Position numbers and translations under genes: made by a program | Shown here: positions 58,024 through 64,000 of the stretch, one piece after another | Position numbering within the stretch: position 1 is the stretch's first letter | Layout: each line of letters starts with the position of its first letter | Source: Vicinamibacterales bacterium | Lineage (GTDB): Bacteria > Acidobacteriota > Vicinamibacteria > Vicinamibacterales > UBA8438 | DNA length: 64,000 bases | Assembly (NCBI GenBank): GCA_965207665.1 | Contig: CBDBMV010000001.1 | Location: 41,366-105,365 of the forward strand | Direction: 5' to 3' | The notes under the pieces: generated by a model | Database searches by the model: none | What the model saw: the letters and a program-made list of their open reading frames with translations, nothing else | Told to the model about the DNA's origin: nothing

Positions 58024-59295
58024 ATGCAGCGGCTCGCCTGGTTCGCGCCGGTTGGGCTCGACGGATCCGAGGAGGGCCGTTCGAGCATTCATCTGCTGCC
58101 ATTGCTGGCGGCGGGTCGCGCGATCGACCGGTTTCTGACAGCTTCCGGGAACGGCTCCCACCCAGTCGCCGGTGCGCCGTGTCCGCCGGGCGTGGCGGCG
58201 GTGTTCGGCGCGGCCGAGTTCGAGAGCCGGCATGCGGCGGCGCCGTACGACCTGATCGTGTACGAGCTGGGGGCCGCACGGTGTTACGACGACGTCTGGC
58301 CGTTTCTGCGGCGCCATCCGGGCCTCGTCGTGCTGCATGAAGACAACTTCCATGCCGCGCGAGCGCGCATGCTGCTGGCAGAAGGACGTGGCGACGCCTA
58401 TCGCGCGGAGCTCGCCTACAACCATCCCGGCGTCCCGGCCGCGGTGGGGAGCCTCGGCGTGTCCGGGCTGCTCGGTGGACTGAAGCGCCTGTGGCCGATG
58501 CGCCGGATAGTGCTCGACGCGGCGCGCGCTGTGCTCGTTCACAACGCCTGGCTGGCCGCACGCATTCGGGAGGAAGCGCCGGCGGTTCCCGTGTACTCGG
58601 TAGAGCCGGGCGTGGCGGACGTTCGCGGCGCGGCCGCCGGGGGCGCGGCGGTCAGAAAGAGGTACGGCGTACCGGAGGATGCCGTCTTGTTCGCCTCCGC
58701 CGGCGCTCTGACTCCCGCGCGGCGGCTTGCCAGCCTGCTGCGGGCGCTTGCCGCGTTGCCGGAGGGTACGCGCGCGTGGCGTCTGCTGCTGTGCGGTGAC
58801 CCCGCGGACGCCGAGCCACTGCTGGCGGAAGCGGAGGCGCTCGGCGTCGGCGGGCGCCTCGCAGTCGCCGGGCGGCTGACGGAGGACGAGCTGCCGGCGC
58901 ACCTCGCCGCGGCAGACGTCGGCGTCAGCCTCGGCTGGCCGCCGTCCCGCGCGGTTTCGGCGTCGTGGCTCCGCTGGCTCGCCGCCGGCAAGCCGACCAT
59001 CGTGACCGACGTGGTGCACGCGAGCGACGTGCCGGCGCTCGATCCGCGCGACTGGACGATTGCCGGCCGGGCCGCGGCGCGGGATGCCGCCGGGCGGGCG
59101 GTCGACCCGGTGGCCGTCGCCATCGACATCCTGGACGAAGACCATTCCCTCGGGCTTGCCGTGGCCCGGCTGGCGGCCAACCCGGAGCTCCGGACCGAGC
59201 TCGGCCGGGCCGCACGCCGCCTCTGGGAGACCAGGTTCACCCTCGAACGCATGACCGCAGGCTATTCGCAGTCCATCGACGACGTTTGTCGTTGA
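58024..59295 (+). CDS. Glycosyltransferase (GT-B fold, GT4-like)
   Basis: 423 aa. C-terminal half has the usual GT1/GT4 pattern (...YGVPEDAVLFASAG.L...R...LL.A.A.L...., ...GRL.E.EL...L.AADV.V..., ...E.RFT.E.M...Y). Confidence 0.72.
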   Translation: MQRLAWFAPVGLDGSEEGRSSIHLLPLLAAGRAIDRFLTASGNGSHPVAGAPCPPGVAAVFGAAEFESRHAAAPYDLIVYELGAARCYDDVWPFLRRHPGLVVLHEDNFHAARARMLLAEGRGDAYRAELAYNHPGVPAAVGSLGVSGLLGGLKRLWPMRRIVLDAARAVLVHNAWLAARIREEAPAVPVYSVEPGVADVRGAAAGGAAVRKRYGVPEDAVLFASAGALTPARRLASLLRALAALPEGTRAWRLLLCGDPADAEPLLAEAEALGVGGRLAVAGRLTEDELPAHLAAADVGVSLGWPPSRAVSASWLRWLAAGKPTIVTDVVHASDVPALDPRDWTIAGRAAARDAAGRAVDPVAVAIDILDEDHSLGLAVARLAANPELRTELGRAARRLWETRFTLERMTAGYSQSIDDVCR

Positions 59296-59343
59296 CTCGT
59301 CACGTCTTGTCAGCCGGGGGTCTGCGCGGGTACGCTGAGGCGC

Positions 59344-59574
59344 TTGAAGATCACGCTCAACGGCGACCCGCTGGAGATCGACGGACCGTTGGCCGTGGAC
59401 CGGCTGCTCGCCGCGCTTGAGATCGATCAGCGGCGCGTGGCGGTCGAGCACAACCTCCGCATCCTGAAGCGCGCGGCGTACGGCTCCACGGTGGTTCACG
59501 ACGGCGACCGGATCGAGGTGGTCCACGCCGTCGGCGGCGGGGCGCCGCGCATCCATGCAGCCGATGACCGATGA
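59344..59574 (+). CDS. thiS: Sulfur-carrier protein ThiS with 10 residues after the GG motif
   Basis: TTG start. (M)[75 protein letters not shown]. ThiS fold pattern up to VGGG. Directly upstream of thiG and overlapping it. Confidence 0.8.
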   Translation: MKITLNGDPLEIDGPLAVDRLLAALEIDQRRVAVEHNLRILKRAAYGSTVVHDGDRIEVVHAVGGGAPRIHAADDR

Positions 59575-60343
59575 TCTGCTGACGCTGGCCGGCAAGACAT
59601 TCCGCTCCCGGCTCATTGTCGGTACGGGCAAGTACCCCTCGAACACCGTCATGGTCCAGGCCCACGAGGCATCCGGCGCCGAAATGGTGACCGTGGCCGT
59701 GCGGCGCGTGAATATTTCCGACCGCTCGAAGGAATCGCTGCTCGACCACATCGATCCCGGCAAGTACATGCTGCTGCCGAACACGGCGGGGTGCTACACG
59801 GCCGACGACGCCGTGCGCACGGCCTGCCTGGCGCGTGAGGCCGGGCTGTCGAACTGGATCAAGCTCGAGGTGATCGGCGACGAGCGCACGCTGTTTCCCG
59901 ACAACGAGGCGCTGATCGCAGCGACACGCAGGCTGGTCAGGGACGATTTCGTGGTTCTGCCCTACACCAACGACGATCCGGTCACCTGCCGCAAGCTCGA
60001 GGACGCGGGCGCGGCCGCCGTGATGCCGCTCGGCGCCCCGATCGGTTCCGGGCTAGGCATCCAGAACGCCAACAACTTGCGGATCATCAAGGAATTCGCG
60101 CAAGTGCCGGTGATTGTCGACGCCGGCGTCGGCACGCCGTCGGATGCTGCGATAGCGATGGAGCTCGGCGCGGATGCCGTGCTGATGAACACGGGCATCG
60201 CCGGCGCGCGGAATCCGGTCGCCATGGCCCGCGCGATGCGCCTGGCCGTCGAGGCCGGGCGCGCCGGATTGCTGGCCGGACGCATCGCACGGACGCGCTA
60301 CGCCAACGCCAGCAGTCCCCTGGAAGGCGTCGTCGGGAGCTAG
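59555..60343 (+). CDS. thiG: Thiazole synthase
   Basis: 262 aa, ...[16 protein letters not shown]......, ...VAVRR... and ...LPNTAGC.TA..AV..A.LARE......[12 protein letters not shown].... Confidence 0.95.
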   Translation: MQPMTDDLLTLAGKTFRSRLIVGTGKYPSNTVMVQAHEASGAEMVTVAVRRVNISDRSKESLLDHIDPGKYMLLPNTAGCYTADDAVRTACLAREAGLSNWIKLEVIGDERTLFPDNEALIAATRRLVRDDFVVLPYTNDDPVTCRKLEDAGAAAVMPLGAPIGSGLGIQNANNLRIIKEFAQVPVIVDAGVGTPSDAAIAMELGADAVLMNTGIAGARNPVAMARAMRLAVEAGRAGLLAGRIARTRYANASSPLEGVVGS

Positions 60344-60353
60344 TCCGTCCAGC

Positions 60354-61673
60354 ATGTCCAGGCCGAGCGACACGCCAGCGGACACCGCCGGTTCGCGGGC
60401 GGACCCGCCCGACGCCCAGCGCGCCTACCACGAGGCGCTGGCCGCGCTCGTCGAGGCGCTCCGGCAGCTCGCCAACACTCCGTTCGCCGGCGAATTCCAG
60501 GCGCCCGAACCGGGGGCGCCGCGCGGCTGGCGGCAGCGGCTGTCCTCTTTCGCGTGGCGGCGGGCGCCGCTCCTCAGGCAGCAGCGGGCGTTCAACACGG
60601 CACTCGTCGATGCACTGGCCCGTTTTGCCAGACAGATCACTCCTTACGTGGACGCTCGTGACCGCGAGCTCTCGGGCGCCATTGTCAAGCTGGCCGAGGA
60701 TGCGGCCGGCGCACGCCAGGAACTCGCCCGGGACCTCTCGGGCGCGCTCGGCGGAGCTGTCGACGAAATGCTCAAGCGCTGGGAATCGATGGCGGCCAGG
60801 GAGCAGCGGCGGCAGTCGCGCATGGACGAGATCGGCCAGGCGGCCGCGGCCTGGCGGCAGGTGACGGGCGGGCTGCAGCAGGAGCTCGAGCGGCTGCGCG
60901 CGCAGCCCACGCCACCTGCCGCGACCGTCGGCGGCGACTCGGCACACGACCCGGGGACGCAGCTTGCCGCGCCGCGCGACAGCTACAAGTATGTCGGGTT
61001 CGAGGATCGCTTCCGCGGCGCCGGCGTCGACATTCGCGCCCGCTACGCCGACTACGCCGACCAGTTCGAGGGCGCGGCCGACGTGCTGGACGCCGGCTGC
61101 GGCCGTGGGGAATTCCTCGAGATCCTGCGCGACCGGGGGATTGGCGCCGCCGGCGTCGACGTCAATCCCCAGATGGTCGCCGAGTGCCGTGAGCGTGGGC
61201 TGCAGGTCACCGAAGGCGACCTGCTCTCCCACCTGGCGTCGCTGCCCGACGGCGCGCTCGGAGGGTTGTTCGCGGCGCAGGTCGTGGAGCACCTGGAACC
61301 GGCCTACCTGCTCAAGTTCATCGACACCGCCTTTCTCAAGCTGCGGCCCGGCTCGCGGATCGTGCTGGAGACCATCAACGTCGCGTCCTGGTCCGCGTTC
61401 TTCCAGAGCTACGTCCGCGACATCACGCACGTCCGCCCGCTCCATCCCGAGACGCTGGCGTACCTGGTCGGCGCCGGCGGCTTCCAGAACGTGGCCATCA
61501 ACTATCGGTCTCCCATCCCGCCCGAACACCTGCTCACGCGGGCGCCGGAGCCGGCGGACCAGGCAGATGAACGGCTCGCCACGCTGGCGGCGGCGTTCAA
61601 CCGCAACGTGGACGAGCTCAACCGCCTGCTGTTCGCGGACCAGGACTACGCTGTGGTCGCCGAGCGCGGCTGA
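60354..61673 (+). CDS. Class I SAM-dependent methyltransferase with an N-terminal coiled-coil region of about 200 aa
   Basis: 439 aa. ...[26 protein letters not shown]... followed by SAM motif [14 protein letters not shown] and ...[12 protein letters not shown]... (motif II/III). Confidence 0.75.
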   Translation: MSRPSDTPADTAGSRADPPDAQRAYHEALAALVEALRQLANTPFAGEFQAPEPGAPRGWRQRLSSFAWRRAPLLRQQRAFNTALVDALARFARQITPYVDARDRELSGAIVKLAEDAAGARQELARDLSGALGGAVDEMLKRWESMAAREQRRQSRMDEIGQAAAAWRQVTGGLQQELERLRAQPTPPAATVGGDSAHDPGTQLAAPRDSYKYVGFEDRFRGAGVDIRARYADYADQFEGAADVLDAGCGRGEFLEILRDRGIGAAGVDVNPQMVAECRERGLQVTEGDLLSHLASLPDGALGGLFAAQVVEHLEPAYLLKFIDTAFLKLRPGSRIVLETINVASWSAFFQSYVRDITHVRPLHPETLAYLVGAGGFQNVAINYRSPIPPEHLLTRAPEPADQADERLATLAAAFNRNVDELNRLLFADQDYAVVAERG

Positions 61674-61699
61674 CGGCGCGGCCGGCGCCGGCAAGCACC

Positions 61700-62800
61700 A
61701 TGGAACATGTGGATGTTGCAATCGTGGGCGGGGGTGTCGTCGGCCTGGCGGCCGCCTGCGCCGTCACCGGCCGCGGCCGCTCCGCCTGCGTGCTGGAACG
61801 GCAGCCGCGGCCCGGAATGGAGTCGAGCACCCACAACAGCGGCGTGATCCACGCCGGAATCTACTACCCGCACGGCTCGCTCAAGGCCCGCCTGTGCGTC
61901 GAGGGGCGCGACGCGCTCTATCGGTTCTGCGACCGGCACGGCGTGCCGCATGGGCGGTGCGGCAAGCTGATCGCCTGCAGCCGGCCGGACGAGGTCCCGC
62001 AGCTCGAGGCGCTGGCCGCGCGCGGACGCGCCAACGGCGCCGGCGATCTCGAAGTCGTCGACCGTGAGTTCATCAGGCGCCGGGAGCCGTCGATCGACGC
62101 GCCGGCCGCGCTCTGGTCACCGTTGACCGGGATCGTCGAGGCCGAGGCGCTGGTGCGGACGCTGGCCGCTCTGGCCCGCGACCGCGAGGCGTACCTGCTG
62201 CCGGGCACCCCCGTCACCGGCGGCGCGGCCAACGCGGAGGGCATCGAGCTGCAGACTCCCCGCGAGCGGATCGGCGCCCGTGCGGTGGTGAACGCCGCGG
62301 GCCTGTACGCCGACGACCTGTCGGCGCTGCTGGGCGGCGAGAAGTTCACCATCCATCCCGTGCGCGGCGAGTACGCGGAGCTGACGCCGCGTGCGCGGGG
62401 CCTGGTCAACGGCCTCGTCTATCCACTGCCCGAGCGTTCCGGCCATGGACTGGGCGTGCACTTCACGAAGACCACCCGGGGCACGGTGACCCTGGGACCG
62501 ACCGCGCGCTACCAGGCGTCCAAGGAGGACTACGAGGGCGACCGCCTGCCGCTGGAGAGCTTCCACCGCTCCGCCCGCCGGCTGCTGCCGGCCCTGGCCC
62601 TCGACGATCTCCGGCCGGGCGGCAGCGGCATCCGCGCCCGTGCGTGCCCGCCGGATCAGCCGTTCGCCGACTTCATCGTCCGCCGCGACCGGCATGTCCC
62701 GGCGCTCGTACACGCCGCGGGCATCGACTCGCCCGGCCTGACCGCGTGCCTGGCGATCGGGCGGCTGGTTGCGGACCTCGTGGAGGAAGCGCTCGGCTGA
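61700..62800 (+). CDS. lhgO: FAD-dependent oxidoreductase, L-2-hydroxyglutarate oxidase/dehydrogenase-like (DAO family)
   Basis: 366 aa. GxGxx[13 protein letters not shown], then ...[27 protein letters not shown]......FC..HGVPH.RCGKLI.A, a block I associate with LhgO/YgaF-type enzymes. Confidence 0.65.
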   Translation: MEHVDVAIVGGGVVGLAAACAVTGRGRSACVLERQPRPGMESSTHNSGVIHAGIYYPHGSLKARLCVEGRDALYRFCDRHGVPHGRCGKLIACSRPDEVPQLEALAARGRANGAGDLEVVDREFIRRREPSIDAPAALWSPLTGIVEAEALVRTLAALARDREAYLLPGTPVTGGAANAEGIELQTPRERIGARAVVNAAGLYADDLSALLGGEKFTIHPVRGEYAELTPRARGLVNGLVYPLPERSGHGLGVHFTKTTRGTVTLGPTARYQASKEDYEGDRLPLESFHRSARRLLPALALDDLRPGGSGIRARACPPDQPFADFIVRRDRHVPALVHAAGIDSPGLTACLAIGRLVADLVEEALG

Positions 62801-62831
62801 AGCGGATCGCAGCGGCCGGCGACGCAATGCG

Positions 62832-63299
62832 TCAGCGGGCGCGCGCCTTCACCGCTGCGCGCGTCTCGCGATCGATCTCGCGCCGCCGGATAGTCTCGCG
62901 CTTGTCGTGCGTCTTCTTGCCCTTCGCCACGCTGACCGTCACCTTGACCAGGCCGTTCCGGAAGTACATCCGGACCGGGACGAGCGTGAAGCCGCGTTCC
63001 ACGAGCTTGCCGATCAGCTTGCGGATCTCGCCCTTGTGCAACAGGAGCTTGCGGCGCCGCAACGGCTCGTGCTCCGCATAGCCGCGGTGGCTGTAAGGAC
63101 TGATGTGAATGTTGTGGAGGAAGATTTCGCCGGCTTCGACGCGGCCGTAGCTGTCCTTGAGGTTCACGCGCCCCTCGCGGATCGCCTTCACCTCGGTGCC
63201 GAGCAGCGCGATGCCCGCCTCGAACGTCTCGAAGAGGTGATAGTCGTGGCGGGCCTTGCGGTTGTCCGCCACCAGGCGTTCCGCCGCGCGGTCCGTCAT
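62832..63299 (-). CDS. smpB: SsrA-binding protein SmpB
   Basis: Last 155 codons of the 386-aa ORF-track entry. ATG at 63299 gives [51 protein letters not shown]....LHN.HISPY. ATGA overlap with the pdxA stop. Confidence 0.95.
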   Translation of the reverse strand: MTDRAAERLVADNRKARHDYHLFETFEAGIALLGTEVKAIREGRVNLKDSYGRVEAGEIFLHNIHISPYSHRGYAEHEPLRRRKLLLHKGEIRKLIGKLVERGFTLVPVRMYFRNGLVKVTVSVAKGKKTHDKRETIRRREIDRETRAAVKARAR

Positions 63300-64000
63300 G
63301 GCGCCACCTCGGCGCGCGCCGCCGCGAGCTTCGCCGCCAGACGCACCGCTGCCACCATGCTGGACGGATCGGCGATCCCCTGTCCGGCAATGTCGTAGGC
63401 CGTGCCGTGGTCCACGGAGGTCCGCACGATCGGCAGCCCGAGCGTGACGTTGACCGCGTTGCCGAACGCGAGCAGCTTCACGGGTATCAACCCCTGATCG
63501 TGATAGCACGCCACGACCGCGTCGAACTCGCCGTTGACGGCGCGCACGAACACCGTATCGCCCGGCAGCGGACCCGCGACGTCGATGCCGCGCGCGCGTT
63601 GCGCATCGATCGCCGGGCGCAGCACCTGCTCGTCCTCCCGCCCCATGATGCCCTGCTCGCCGGCGTGGGGGTTCAGCCCCGCAACGGCGAGGCGCGGATC
63701 GGGATAGCCGAAGCGCGGCAGCTCGGCCGCCGCCAACTCGATCGTCCGTTCCACGCGCTGCCGCGTAAGCTGCGCGGGGACTTCGGCCAGCGGGATATGC
63801 ACGGTCGCCAGGACGACGCGCAGGCGGTCCGCGTGAAACATCATCGCGACGTCGGCGGCGCCGGTCAGGTGCGCGAGCAGATCGGTGTGGCCGCGCCAGG
63901 GCAGGCCGGCCAAGCGGAACGCCGTCTTGTTGATCGGGCCGGTTGCAAAAGCATCGATCCGTCCGGCCTGCGCGTCGGCTGCGGCGCGGCACACAACATC
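63296..64000 (-). CDS. pdxA: 4-hydroxythreonine-4-phosphate dehydrogenase PdxA, partial (N-terminus beyond window)
   Basis: ...TGPINKTAF..AG..W.GHTDLLA.LTGA..VAMMF......VVLATVHIPL..V......, ...LAVAGLNPHAGE.G..G.E... and ...CYHDQGLIP.K......VN.TLGLPIVRTSVDHGTA.DIAG.G.AD. Confidence 0.9.
   Translation of the reverse strand, partial: DVVCRAAADAQAGRIDAFATGPINKTAFRLAGLPWRGHTDLLAHLTGAADVAMMFHADRLRVVLATVHIPLAEVPAQLTRQRVERTIELAAAELPRFGYPDPRLAVAGLNPHAGEQGIMGREDEQVLRPAIDAQRARGIDVAGPLPGDTVFVRAVNGEFDAVVACYHDQGLIPVKLLAFGNAVNVTLGLPIVRTSVDHGTAYDIAGQGIADPSSMVAAVRLAAKLAAARAEVAP

Noticed and set aside
59296-59343. Possible TPP riboswitch upstream of thiS (GGGGTC...GCTGAGG resembles the GGGG...CTGAGA start of the aptamer)
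   Set aside because: The spacer is only 48 nt. The second half of the aptamer (ACCTGATCTGGATAATGCCAGCG-like pyrimidine-sensor helix) is absent both in the spacer and in the first codons of thiS.
62832-63992. 386-aa ORF treated as a single gene
   Set aside because: Only the C-terminal 155 aa are SmpB. The upstream portion overlaps pdxA, which has a clear family match in another frame.

Overview
Very GC-rich bacterial chromosomal segment (GC judged by eye, not computed). It is almost entirely conserved housekeeping genes with minimal spacers and many 1-8 nt start/stop overlaps.

Layout:
- 1-30.3 kb, minus strand: one contiguous translation/transcription supercluster. Order of transcription is tRNA-Thr/Tyr/Gly/Thr, tuf, rpmG, tRNA-Trp, secE, nusG, rplKAJL, rpoBC, rpsLG, fusA, tuf, S10 operon, spc operon, secY, adk, map.
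- 30.3-47.4 kb: rlmB-like, ispDF, plsC, radA, alr, dnaB, rplI-rpsR-rpsF, pth, ctc, prs, tRNA-Gln, ispE, a LolB-like lipoprotein, a TPR protein, a plus-strand Trm112-like plus O-antigen-ligase-like pair, and purH.
- 47.5-64 kb: selA, a complete Na+-NQR locus (nqrABCDEF-apbE-permease-nqrM-like), a glycosyltransferase, thiSG, a coiled-coil methyltransferase, an L-2-hydroxyglutarate-oxidase-like flavoprotein, smpB and partial pdxA.

I saw no CRISPR array, transposase, integrase, phage or recognisable defence genes, so this is a core region, not an accessory island.

Many ORF-track entries are over-extended at the 5' end. I trimmed them to starts supported by family N-termini, SD motifs or stop/start coupling. 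Long ORFs antisense to real genes are treated as GC artefacts.

Leads that standard annotation would not explain:
1. An NCS2-type permease with a degenerate substrate motif and an extra C-terminal domain sits between apbE and an unlisted 58-aa NqrM-like ORF.
2. An 89-nt three-hairpin element occurs twice (tuf-rpmG spacer and selA leader) with compensatory stem substitutions.
3. RpoB carries an 8-cysteine insertion of about 60 aa, likely a double zinc ribbon, near its N-terminus.
4. A consensus-like promoter is followed about 30 nt later by the only clean intrinsic terminator in the window, just upstream of nqrA.
5. A LolB-like lipoprotein keeps lolB-ispE-prs synteny.

All functional interpretations are inference from sequence reading. 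No database search was run.
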